A stretch of DNA of 61,931 nucleotides, the filler included, from Choristocarpus tenellus KU-1152 (lineage: Eukaryota > Protista > Phaeophyceae), in NCBI GenBank assembly GCA_964200185.2. It is 14 parts of 14 records of this genome, joined end to end, with 100 filler letters (N's around TTAATTAATTAA, not from the genome) between each part and the next. Parts side by side here need not be neighbours in the genome. Positions count along the whole stretch, not along the records: positions 1 to 9,085 come from CAXNAD020004002.1; positions 9,186 to 14,484 come from CAXNAD020011236.1; 12 more parts are not named here. The stretch is one strand, 5' to 3'. Positions 1 through 11,787 of this stretch are shown here, piece after piece. The first letter of the stretch is position 1. Each line of letters starts with the position of its first letter. A program made the position numbers and the translations under genes. The notes beneath the pieces are model-generated. The model did no database searches. It worked only from the letters and a program-made list of their open reading frames with translations, and had not been told where the DNA came from.

Positions 1-45
<45 letters not shown>

Positions 46-1509
46 ATGAAACAAAGAACGTCAAACGTGCAAAGACGAGTTAAGAAAAACAGAAAAATGA
101 AAACCTGAGGAAGTAACCTGAAAACAAGAAAGTGTTTTGTGAAGAAGGGGAAGGGAGTTGCCAGTTCTCGGAAGGTGGGGGTAAAACCGTAAAAGAACTC
201 TCAAATGTGCACAGTGGGGTGGTGGCATCTGAACAAGTGTGTGTTGAAGTCACTCTGGGTTGCGGCGGAGTGGGTCTAGCGGTGGAGTGAGGATACAGCC
301 TGCGGTGTGCAAGACCCGAGATGAAGAATATTGTATGCACACTGGACTGGGGCTTGGGAAGGATTCTTGTGTGTGTGTTGTGTGTTATGTGTTGTGGTGC
401 AATTACATGAGTAGTTGAAGTAGTCTGTGGTTGCTACACTGATGTTGATATTTACTCTTTTGTGAGTTATTATTCTTTCAAGTTGTAAGTATGGAGCGTT
501 TTTTCCTGAGTGTTAGGGATTGGAGTTGGGTGCTTGAAGGTCACGGGCACAAAAGATCAGGGACTGCAGAAAGAGAGCGTAGATAGATGGCAGTAGGCAC
601 AAAGTTATCAGGACCTTTATTTCCTCTGACATGTGAAGGGATCGATCCATGGCACTGCCTCCGATATTATGCTTTCTTTACAGGGCCAGTCCAGTCCCGT
701 CAAGAGGTCTGTCTAATTGTGCCAGCTGCGCTACCCTATACAAAGATACCGATACTGGGCTAGCAAAGTCAGGCAGACCCCGGGAAGAATTAAGTTTTGT
801 TATGTGGAGTGAATGTTAGATTCTACTGCCGTGGTGGTGGATTATCTTGAATGTTGCTTCTTTCCCTACCATGACGTGTGCAGGACGTCTTCGGCTGCGA
901 AATAGTAGTCTAGAGTATAGTAATCGATGGAGATTTCTAAATTGATTTTTATTGCCCACAATTATTTGGGACATTTTGCGGGTTGGCTTGGTGTGTTTTT
1001 GACTGCACTGGCACATGACCCCCGGTCTGAACGCCAGCCCAGAGAAGAGCCCTGGAAAATTGTCGGAACTTAGTTGGTGTGTAGAGTGTAGTTGAGCGGT
1101 GTTGCCTGTAGTATCAGTAATTGCAAAATAGAGCAGGTGCAAAGTTGTGGAACAGATGAAAAATCCATCCCGTTAGGTCCTGTGTGATGTACAGGCGATT
1201 TCAGTTGTACACATGTTATTTTTTTGGTATCATATCAACTGCTACATACGTCTCAGTACATTATTGTTTGTGTTAACAATGTTCCTTTTTTTGTGGTTCT
1301 GAAAGCTCTTTTGATATAAACTACCCCCCAACTTTCGTTCCTGGTCTAACCCCTTTCCTGTTGTCTTTGTTTTACTTTTTTTTTTGCTGCTGCCCGTGGT
1401 GTGATCATTGCCAACATGGATGCTGAACCTCCTGGGTATATATGTACCAATACTACCTTGCTCAAAATGCTTTTTAAAAATCTATGTACATATTATTCAA
1501 ACTGGTAAG

Positions 1510-1677
1510 GTACCTCCGGTTCCATTCATGGCAGTGTCGATGGGTTCCACATTGGTGTTCCTACTGGCTTGGAGGCTTTTCTACACGGCTTTTAATCCCA
1601 CCAGTGACAAGGAGTACAAGACTGCTGGAATATTTGACTATTTTAGAATGGTCACTAACCTCCTGCAGCGTTGGTGA
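1510..1677 (+). CDS. Terminal exon of a DUF3054-family membrane protein
   Basis: After an AAG acceptor it reads VPPVPFMAVSMGSTLVFLLAWR...GIFDYFRMVTNLLQRW*, matching the C-terminus of plant/algal DUF3054 proteins (xPPxxFxxVxMGSTxVLLxxWR...FExxxxLTxLVxRW). Upstream exons not found. Confidence 0.75.
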   Translation, partial: VPPVPFMAVSMGSTLVFLLAWRLFYTAFNPTSDKEYKTAGIFDYFRMVTNLLQRW

Positions 1678-3513
1678 TGATCAGGAAACCGGGATAGATG
1701 ATTGGAGGTGGGGGGTTGGTTGAGTGGTGATGTTAGGAGGGAAACAGTGGAAGACTTTGACGGGAACTCATGATGAGGCAATAAACAAGAGTGGCAAGAT
1801 GATTGGTCTCCTAGTAAGAGGGTGTTACTGTTTGTCTTAACGTAATTGCTGTCTTGTCTATCCTGTTGTGATGCCTCGCTGCAGCACTACACTGATCTCT
1901 TGCTGTGAAGTGTTCTCCAGGGTAGTAGTAGCTGACCTTTTTTTGCTTGAGAGACTTTACATTTGGTTGTTGCTACGGAGCAGGGATGTGAATAGTGGCA
2001 GTTTAGTTGGCTGTACGATATGACTGTCATAGCAACCTATGTTGACATGATGGATTCGGCTTGGTACTGCCGTCGATATTCATCACAGGTCGCCCCCCAA
2101 TGTTTTGCTTTGCAGTGATCTCCAATATTTTATCAAAATTGGCGGTCCACACAGTTCTGGTGTGAATATTTTCCCCTGGTTTCTGAACAATGGGTGTATT
2201 TGAGAGGTTTTGGTCAGAGATTTAATTTTTGGGGGGTTTAAGATGCACTACCTGATAGAAATGTTCTGTGAAGTATATATTACCACCAATCAAATATGTG
2301 TGCCCCTCACCCATACAGTATCACTATGACCATCTCCCAGCCTTGTTGACCCGAAAGAAAATCCGCAACAGCAATAATAAACACATCTGTTGCTGTATGA
2401 TACTATGTAGTAATAAGTAACAATGCTGGTTTATCCTCTCTTCAACTCTACTGGTTTTAGAGAGTGGCAGAAGGCTGCTTTAAGAAAGGGAATTGTGTCG
2501 AGAATCTCAATGGAATGGGAAAGAAAGGTGGAGTCACTCAGGCGGGATGGTGACAACAAGATCATCAGCCATCAGTCATGCTTGGTTACTCTCTGCAATG
2601 GGTACACCCTTGCTGTTGTATCTGCGATCAGAACCATTCGGACTGACCATCTTTCTGCACTATGGTTCAATCATGAAATCTTATGCCCTTTATTGCATTT
2701 CCTACCCAAGCCCATATACCCTGTCATCTTTTGTATAATGGTTGTGTTGGTGACTTGTAGATCTACCCTCACCACCCCTCTTACTGACGGCCCCTCTCTT
2801 CCCCCCCCCACCCTTGTTCCTAATCGCCCCCTAGCCCTCCCACCTCCAGCCCACCACCATTCCTTTCGGTTTGGTGCCTCCCCCATGTCCCTGTGAATCT
2901 GACCTTCATCACTCCCCCCCTTCATTTCCGGTCAACCTTCCCTCGTTCCTGTTCCCACTCCACCCAGAGCCCCACCCCCATTAATCCAGATTCAAACTCT
3001 TCCAGAACCACAACATGAGGCCTCCCAGCCTATCCTCTTGGCCTGTGAGACTCAGCACTTCATCAAACCTGTGCTATCCACCAAAGAGGTCAGGTACCCT
3101 GAATTACACATGGTGCACCAACAGTAGCTGCTACAAAACCACACAAGCAACCCCAACCAACATTCTGGCTTTCTCTTTACTTTGTACTTCCTCCGTTTGG
3201 AATTAAATGTGACATAACCTTTGAAGGCTCCATTCTTGCTGGGGAACAGCCCACGTGATAAACCTTACGGATGAGGCTTAGTTCTCATATAAATTGAGAG
3301 GCGTGCAAAGTTGGTTGTGGTGGACTGTCATGACTGTGGAGGATCACCAGTGCAAAGCCAGTCAAGTTGCATTTGACATGGTTGAAAAACCTCATGAAAC
3401 TGTCAAAGTGGGTGTTTATTGGGGTGCCTAGGATAAAGGCACCCCAGGCAGCTCACTCATCCCGTCATCGCCCATCAGTCCCAATTCTTCGGCCCAGAGG
3501 CCCCTGTCCAGGG

Positions 3514-4780
3514 TCAGAACTCAAACACCCCAATGAAGAACAGTGTGGTGATGCAATGCCTGGAGGCGAGAGGGTATGAGACTCGGATGCCTTGGGTACC
3601 ATAGCGACCATCATGGAGGACTTTGGAATTTCCTGAATCACAGTGTTCCATCATCTGAAGGAGTATGACAACCCAATCACACGCGGAGTGAATGCATGGA
3701 CCTTGTATGACATAGCAAGGGGCTATGTGGCCACTGTACAAGTATCCTCAACGTTTGAGATGTCCCATTGGTACACCACACATCCTTCCGCAAATGGGCG
3801 GCCAAAGCTGGAGTCTCCCTTGCCTCATTGTGGGACCTGTGAGAGTGCAAGGTGAAGGTCAAACGGTGGTTTATGCCAGCCCTCTCAGACCAGCAGGAAG
3901 TCAACGGGGTGGGTTTTGTCATTGGCCACATGCACAGGAGGGGGGGAAGTGGGGTATTAGTCGAAGATCTATATAACTGGGTGCCTGTGGACTAGAAGTA
4001 GTTTACATCCTCAAAGATGGGCAAGGTGTGTACCTGCACCCCACTGAGGACCCTCGCAAACCCCCACGGGCACAGAATAAGCATTGCACTACGAAGGTGA
4101 TGTTCCTTGCAGCTATGACCCACCCTAGGAAGGTCTCCAACTGGATGTGGTTCGATGGGAAAATCGGGATCTGGCCAATCATGGACACTAAGGTTGCTCA
4201 GTGCTCCAGCAAACACCGCCCCAAGAGCACCAAGGTGTTTGTGCCAGTCACGGTGGGCAGGGAGAGGTATAAGAAGCTCATGATCAAGGATTTCATCCCT
4301 GCAATCAAGGCTCACATGCCCCAGGTCGGAAGCACACAACATCTTCATGCAGCAGGACGGGGCAAAGTCACACATCAAGGGGGGATCATGGAGGCAATCA
4401 AGGATGTGGTGGGTGATGACATTGTCATAGAGACCCAGTCAGCCCACTCACCTGATCTCAATGTCAACGACCTGGAATTCTTTCACTCCATCGAGGAACT
4501 GAAGGAAGATGTGGGGGTGACCAACACAGAGTAGCCGGTGGAGACTACAATGGAGGTGTTCGATGTGTACCCCAAGGAGACACTAGAGCGCGCCTGGCAG
4601 TGTCTCTTCACAGTCTACAGTGAAGTGCTGAGGTCCAAGGGTGACAACATCTTCAACATCGCCCGTCTTAACAAGGAAAAGGCCCTGACGGAGGGCAAGT
4701 CCCCTCCGAATGCCCCTGTTGATGCGGCGAAATACCGTACCGAAATGGAGGTTTGGAGGGCTTTGGGGTCGGAATCATAG
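3514..4780 (+). pseudogene. Decayed mariner-type transposase (plant/oomycete DD39D-like clade)
   Basis: Motifs in order across frames: VEDLYNWVPVD*K*F (=VHVDEKWF), KVMFLAAMTHPR, WFDGKIGIWP, MQQDGAKSH, QSAHSPDLNVNDLEFFHSI, ETLERAWQCLF. Several stops and frameshifts; TIRs not found. Confidence 0.9.
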
Positions 4781-6314
4781 ATAGGTGTAGGCTACCCCAT
4801 TTTGCATGAGATTTTGGTGGGCTACCTCTTCGTATTTGCACAATACACTCATAAATATTGTTTCTCCATTGGGGGTACAAAAGTTATTTTAAATTTAATT
4901 CTGAACTCAGGGAAATATATGGCATGAAAGGTCCCTATCACACCTTTGTTGCTGCTCTCCTCGCTGCCAGTCTCAGTCTGTCCTCACTCTCTGCCCCAGA
5001 TTCTGATGGCAGTCCTATCTACACTTCCACCTCCTCGTGCAACAACACCTGGCTCCTACCGCCATCCCACAAGCCTCCTCTTCCTAATGGTCCCATCTGC
5101 CCACCTCACCGGCATTACCTCTATGTCTCACCCCAACCCCACGTGTTACCTGACCAGCTACAATATTGCGTTCAGTATCCATGACCAAGCACGTGTGGTG
5201 TGGTGGCCCTTTCCAAGAGTTGCATGCAGAGCCCCACCTTCCCTATCCTCTGTTGGTTAGGGAAGGTTTGAACCACTCACCTGACAAGAGATTTGAGCTC
5301 AAGGGACCACGGCCTTCTCCTCGTAAGAGGGGGCTCAATCGCCACTGTGGTGAAAGGGTGCAAGAGCAATCAGGTGCATCGCCTGAAATGCCTCTCTGCC
5401 TTCTTTCTCAGATGTGTTGCACAGGGTCCATACCATAGCACTGAGGTCAAGACTCGTGGATGCTTCACAACTACCTTATCCTAACCTCTGCTGTGAATAG
5501 TGCCGCTTGTTGGCAGTTGGGTATTTGCCACAAGAGTAGAGTTGTGAATCATACCAATTGGATTGGTTCGATTCTATTAAGTTTCAGTGTAATGAAAGTA
5601 CAAAATCTTGGGATTGTTTTCTTTTTTCTCCTAGAATGTTTGGAGGAGAGAGCAACGAACACAGGGATACAATCAATCAAGAACACAAACACCATGGACA
5701 TACTAGGACTGTGTAAGTTATGAGTGTACCCAGGCAGCGATGAGGGTGGGAGTTGCTGCACGAAGTATGACATCAACCCATGAACCGGATATGCTGTTCT
5801 GTTTAAGAAGGATGGTGGCTAGGGAGGTGAAGCTTCAGATGAAGAACCTGAATTGAGTCTTGTGGAGCTGACAAAGGACAAACAGAAAGAGAAGCGTGTG
5901 AAGGAGCGGAAACAATAATGGGCTATGGGTTGAGGACTGACATCTAGCTCTTCTTCGGAGTATATGAGAAGGAGAATGCCCAATGTAGCTTGTTGCTTGA
6001 TCTGGGTCAAGAGTGGAGACTTTGCGAAAAATGAGATCAAGTTCGGAAGTTCAAGCTAATGACCAACGCAAGAAATCGTCTTCAGAGCTTCAGCCCTAGA
6101 AACAAGAAATTATTTTGTGTGTTGGAGGTGATTGGGAAGAAGATTGTGGAGTCCAAGTCAGGTGGTCAGTGGTGTGTGGACTCAAATTTTGTCGCCAAGG
6201 CACCAGAGTGGGTCACTCTTCTTTTCTTCTTCATCGTGATGGACGAGCAGTCACGTTTCAGTCATAGGTGTTGTATCCCAGCCTTTCATATCTCACTCTA
6301 TTTTACCGACCTTT

Positions 6315-6821
6315 GAGTGAAAGTGTCTTAGAGGGTAGGAGTTTTGGCTCAACGTATCTGGGGGGGGAGGGGGNNNNNNNNNTATTTCAGTATGTTAGTG
6401 GGGGGGGGTGAGTGTTGGTGGGGTGGGTGAGCGGGGGGTTGGGGGGGGGGGGGGGGGCGGGGCCTACATCAGGGTGTCCATTTGGGTCCTGACCAGGAAA
6501 AGTGTACTTACATTATCCATATGACATACGCCACCAAATCATCTAAAAATCACGACAAGGAAAAATGGGCCCCAAATGGACACTTTGAGTCTTTGCCCTG
6601 TTTGTCTGTTTGGGGCTAGTCTTCCCACGGGATTATTATGACATTTTCCTACTCCGAAATGTTTCGGAGTAAGTAAATTGTATACGTTATGAAAAGGTGT
6701 ATCCGGAACAAGGGTATTGACACTTGCTAACAAACACGACAGACAAAATTGCATCAAAATCGCGACAAAGGATTTTGTCCCCCAAACGGACGCGGCTCTA
6801 CCCTCCAAGATACTTTCACTC
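6315..6821. mobile_element. MITE family A copy with a nested family B copy
   Basis: Ends GAGTGAAAGTGTCTTAGAGGGTA ... TACCCTCCAAGATACTTTCACTC; the body matches 23900-24156 once 6346-6591 is removed. Confidence 0.85.
6346..6591. mobile_element. MITE family B (poly-G subterminal tracts) inserted in family A
   Basis: Starts GGCTCAACGTATCTG(n), ends ACACTTTGAGTC; the body matches the reverse complement of 30755-30934; flanks tttt/tttg approximate a 4-bp TSD. Confidence 0.75.
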
Positions 6822-6829
6822 TTTGCATC

Positions 6830-8200
6830 ATTGGTACTAATCTTGTGCTTGGAGCATGTTGCCATCCATAGGACTTGTTTGCCAGCTCTTTGACATGACA
6901 ATTGATTGCCAACCATTGTCTCATCAACCAAGCTTCAACCCATTAGTCTATCCGGTGGCAGGTCACGGAAATGTCCATTTCAAGGAGATTGTGTATTCCT
7001 TGAACAATTGTGTAACCATACCCAATCGCTGTTGACTCCTTGATACCTAGAGGAGGGTCATTGAAGATCTACAGATCAAGTCCTCGAGATGCTTGTTGAT
7101 GAGGATATATCCTTAATCAGATATACTTGACACCAAAGATTCCCTTTGACTTCACGTCTAGTCATTCTGAAGATCCACGCTCTCTCATGAGATCCTCCCC
7201 ACTTGGAAATTCTTGCACTTGTTCCAACTTTCACCTCGTTCTCTTGGTTACGGTTCGTTTTGGTCTGTCTGACCCGTCTTGCCCAACATTTGTTCACCAC
7301 CCTTGCCTGAGTGAACTGCACCACCACAGAATCATATGATTCACATTTGGAACACTGATGAATTCAGATATAGGGCTAATGGATAAAATTTCGACCACAG
7401 ACAAACATGCCTAATGTGAAAGGTAGAAGAACATTCCGTAGTAAGAATGTCTGGCTCATATTGCGAAGAAAAGAAAAGAGGAGGAACAGAAAGTCAACAA
7501 GAGTTGGTCTATTCAAGACATAGAGTCATCCCCAAATCATGGCTCAGACACAAATATTTCCTTCATCTCCTCCTCGTCGTCCGAAAGACCAGAACCTGAA
7601 GATCATAGGTAATGAACACCCCAATCCCCTCTAGCAGATTGTTGGGGTGATGCAGGAGCAGTGTCATTGTCCTTTGAGCATCGTGTCAACTCAGGCGATC
7701 ATGACACTGCCATGTCCTTTTTGAGAACAGTCCAGTTTCCTCCCTTCATTCAACCACTCAGGATGTTACCGTTCTGCAGACACAGTTTGGCAATGCCATA
7801 CATGCGTTCACTGTGCATCACGTCAATGAGTGTGCGAAAACCAACACTGTGCAAAGGCTTCAAAGCCACCTGAAACTCCTGAATTGTTGACAAATCTCCA
7901 ATCACATAAGACCTGTTATGAACTCTAGCCATATCTTACACTCACGTCCAACACCAGAGGGAAATCGTTTTAGGTAGTCCAATGCAGAATTTCCTACTGG
8001 TCTGGCAATTACAGGTTCAGTAGAGAAAGATTTACCAGTGTTAATATCAAAATGATGTATATCTCTGTTGAATATCTTCGCACAGGAAAGGCTCGCCTCC
8101 ACAAGTTGCTGGTGGGTTACATGGTGAACATACACTATTTATTAATTATCCAATGAACTTCTGTCTTAGCCATCCATTTCCTTATGTATGGCTAAATGCT
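6830..8200 (-). repeat. Decayed coding-like dispersed repeat of unknown family
   Basis: 7274-7346 is a diverged inverted copy of 38413-38487 on another contig; short broken minus-strand ORFs. Boundaries approximate. Confidence 0.45.
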
Positions 8201-8296
8201 GATGTCTCATCATACCACCAAGTACGTTACTACTCTGTATTGTACTGAACTAAAGATGACGTAGGGCTTATACTGACACATTCTCTTTTATTATTA

Positions 8297-8427
8297 TGCC
8301 CTCCGACATTTTGCAGATGTGTCAGAGGAAAACAAATGAAAACTATACATATGTCAGTATACGCCCAAAAGAAATAAAAGATCATAAATGTTTTCCCCCT
8401 GACACATCTGCAAAAAGTTAGAGGGCA
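8297..8427. mobile_element. Stowaway-like MITE (131 bp)
   Basis: About 38-bp imperfect TIRs (TGCCCTCCGACATTTTGCAGATGTGTCAGAGGAAAACA) flanked by TA on both sides; the terminus resembles Stowaway CTCCCTCCG. Confidence 0.8.
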
Positions 8428-9085
8428 TAATAGTATAACATACATGAAACTGTCATACTTCGTTACATGGTCGTATCAGCATACATAACACAAGCACAAC
8501 GCTAGATATTTCGGTACTCTCTGACTCTACAGTCCCACAAATTTCAGACTATTGTTAGTTGTTACATGATATTTTTATTGAAAATTCTTCGCTGGAACAT
8601 TTTATTTGCAGGGAGTGGTTGGTACTGTAGAATGACGTTCACCTAGCAATTGAGCCAATTGAACGGGATGTGTTGGAGGCGCACACAGCCCTGGCAGCAT
8701 CGAATGTGGTATGAACAGCAGATCATCAAAATTGAGGATGGGGCTATTTATTGAGGATGGGCAAGACCCGGAATGGTGTGCGGAAAGTGCATATATATTT
8801 TTGGTCAAAAGTATTTCGGTGTGTATGGAGGACACTGCTAAGATTTGGAAGCGACCTCGACCAAGCCAAAGGTACAAAGGACAGACGGGCCCCCCGGGGG
8901 GGGGAGCCGGTAACGGTTTGGCATGCTTATATGTATCATGCACTACATATTGTATTATACAATACATACATACATACATATGTCTTCTTCCACTAGTTAT
9001 AAATATTTATTCAAGGGTGATGTGGTTTGTACAAGTAAGGGATTGATAGGTCACATCCACCAAAAAAACTAACCAAGTCGACAAA

Positions 9086-9185
9086 NNNNNNNNNNNNNNN
9101 NNNNNNNNNNNNNNNNNNNNNNNNNNNNNTTAATTAATTAANNNNNNNNNNNNNNNNNNNNNNNNNNNNNNNNNNNNNNNNNNNN
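9086..9185. other. Artificial contig-joining spacer (first of 13)
   Basis: 44 N + TTAATTAATTAA (stops in all six frames) + 44 N. Same spacer at 14485, 19454, 23294, 26895, 32221, 35056, 38488, 41309, 44340, 48946, 55176 and 58448. Confidence 0.98.
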
Positions 9186-9271
9186 GAAAATGTCATTAAA
9201 AAATACATAGGAAGCCAAGCCCCGAATGGACAAACAGGGCAAATCTTGTACCCTCTAAGATACTTTAACTC
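9186..9271. mobile_element. MITE family A, terminal fragment at contig start
   Basis: Ends TACCCTCTAAGATACTTTAACTC; matches 23688-23773. Confidence 0.85.
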
Positions 9272-9919
9272 AAAATAATACACGGTGTATGTTATCATAA
9301 ACTACCAAAATACAAAATTATAGCGAGCCTAGGAATAACAATGTTACTGATGTAACAAATTCCAGATTTTTCAACACTACAACTTGTTAGGTGATCTTCT
9401 AGCCATCACTACTGGCGTGGTCACTATCATCGCAGGTGACCCACCACTTAATAGTAGTTGTCCGTGCACCCTGTGCATGATGTATAAAGTCCAGAACAAA
9501 CGCACAACCTCAAGTACTACTTGAGACCTTCAATCTGGTGGAAATATAAACAAAGGTGTACTATTCCACAGATAAACTAACAGATGCACTACACAACTGG
9601 TGCACTATGCCAGTGCAGCTGGGCAGGTTTTTCTTTGTCGCCATGGTCGAAGTATATAGACACGACCTTGCCAAAGGGCTTTGTGACAAAGCATCCTACC
9701 TTGATATATCACCAGAAGCGATCGTATCTGGGTCCACTTGCAGCCACCGCCACCCCCTACCCACCGCTGACCCAAACAAATCGAGAGGTAGGCAGGTTTT
9801 GAACCTTTGTACTTCAAGTAATATTTCTTACACTATGTGCAGTACACTCTATCTCATTGTTCTACGTGCACAATAGTGCGCGCAAAATTGATATTCCCCT
9901 TTTCACACACAGTGGCACC

Positions 9920-10450
9920 TGTTACAGGAGAAGGAAATCCAAGCTATCGTAGGGAGCTACCAAGAATCCTAAGTGCTGAGGTGAATACTGAGTACTCTCT
10001 CCAGTTTGAAGAGACCAAGTAGGACCTCCATGTTACAGGAGAAGAATATTCAGGCTATGGTAGGGAGCTACCAAGAATCCAAAGTGCTGAGGTGAATATT
10101 GAGTATTCTCTCCAGTTTGAAGAGACCAGGTAGGACCTCCATGTTACAGCACGCTCCAGAAGCTTACCTCCACAGGATGTATAGCTCAAGTCACAAGCCT
10201 ATAGATGACGTTGACGCACGTATAGGACTCCTGACGCACAAGTCGTCAAATATGCTGGATCTCTCACTTTGATTATTCCCTTCGTACATATAATCAAAAT
10301 CATCATATAATGAAAGGCACCGACGTACCATCTGGGGTATGGTAATAACTACATGATTACTAAATACACGAGAAGTACAAATATATTATTCTAGGACTTC
10401 AAGGTCATAATGGTGTTTTGAAACCACCATCAAGACATATCACCTGTAAC
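9920..10450. mobile_element. Solo-LTR-like element with tandem duplication of its first 111 bp
   Basis: Inverted ends TGTTACAGG ... CCTGTAAC, GCACC on both sides (9915-9919, 10451-10455); direct repeat 9920-10030 / 10031-10141. Confidence 0.65.
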
Positions 10451-11479
10451 GCACCATGATTAAGCAAAGGCCCTTTCTGCAATTGTAGAAAATGTTACCT
10501 TTTTTCCATTTCTCGGTATCCTTAAAATACAACCCTACCTACCTCTCGGTTGCTTTAACCCTATGAAGGGTTGCTGCCAGGGCTCTGCTTAATTAATCCT
10601 GACTAGGAGGAACACTTCTGATCCGGTGGCGGGGCAATTGAGGGTCATTTTATTGTACTGAACCGGGCAGTCTTCTGTTCATTGCAGACATGAACATCCA
10701 ACAGTGTAAGTACAACGGGAAACTAATTGCTCCCCCCCCAGACTGCCAGCTAAGTAAGGGCGTCTGTGATTCGTGGCAAGTCATTGTCCTTGTCATCTAT
10801 ACTCTCGGACTGTACATTGTTTCATACCTCTGATACTTGTATCGGTTGTTTTAACTACTTGTGTTTCTGGCGTGTTCGATGGAAGGGAGGGATGTACACC
10901 CAAAGCAGTAGGAATCGACTGTGCATTATGTAGCAACATAATATGACTTCATGGCTTGTTGGTCCAAAGTGTTTCACTGAGTGCTCAAAGAAAAAATAAT
11001 TATGCAGGTGATAGTTGGAAGCAATTCAGACTCTTTTCATATGTTTATTTTGTTTTCTGTCCTGAGTCTTGCTTCTTTCCCTCCTCGTGGTAACATCAAT
11101 GGGCATAAAAACATAAAAACATACCATCTCGAGTATGTCAAAATTATTCTGATCCCTGAAAAAGTGCGCACATGCGAATTTACACGAGCTCTAGAAAGAA
11201 GAACTATATTTTGACGGTCCAATGCACGAACTTAATTTTTTGTTCATTATCTATCCAATACTTGTCCCTAATATCACTTCGAGGTAAAGACTACTAACTT
11301 GTGGCCAGCTGTGGGTCACACACGCACACCTACCTCCTGCTGGTGTTTGCTCCCACTATGTACTTCATTATTTCCCTTGTCTTATCTAGTGGTATTGCTC
11401 GACCAAACACATATACTTTCCATTGTGGTGTATTCCAATTTTAGTCTATCTTACCTGTTTGTTATGCTTGCTGCGTTAG

Positions 11480-11787
11480 ATTGAAACCATAATAGAGGGA
11501 GGTCGATGCTGACCCTTTTGAGCTTTTAAGAGCTTTTGAACCTTTTGCATATATATACACATAGCCCATGCCTGAAACAAGGTCAATTTCCCTTCTTCCT
11601 AGGAGGGTGTGGTTACAGAAGAGAAAGATCAGCCGTGAACACATTGTTACCTAGAGCACCTTATACGGTGCTCAACGATTTTCCCGCAAGGCAGTTATCA
11701 GGATCTATATTTATCAGTGAAACTTCCCTCTTGAATAACGTCACTCTCAAGTACGTCACCCTGGTGAATTGCTGCACACTCCATCAC
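11480..11787 (-). pseudogene. Possible heavily decayed Ser/Thr protein kinase exon
   Basis: After a TAG acceptor it reads VMECAAIHQGDVLESDVIQEGSFTDK (cf. CaMK VMEL..GGEL..I...GSFTEK), then a frameshifted CVHG/DL (cf. VHRDL). Many stops. Confidence 0.3.

Noticed and set aside
1-42. Terminal poly-G and the (CCCTAA)n arrays as a chromosome end
   Set aside because: The arrays are short and internal to introns; poly-G/C marks many contig breaks here.
4990-5460. Possible copia integrase C-terminal remnant on the minus strand (and RNase H-like traces at 24490-24570)
   Set aside because: Only vague motif resemblance; too decayed to support.
9130-9141. Recurrent palindrome TTAATTAATTAA, 13 times
   Set aside because: Always centred in a 100-bp N spacer; an artificial six-frame-stop linker. 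Gene neighbourhoods across it (e.g. RdRP, AGA, RABGGTB) are not real clusters.
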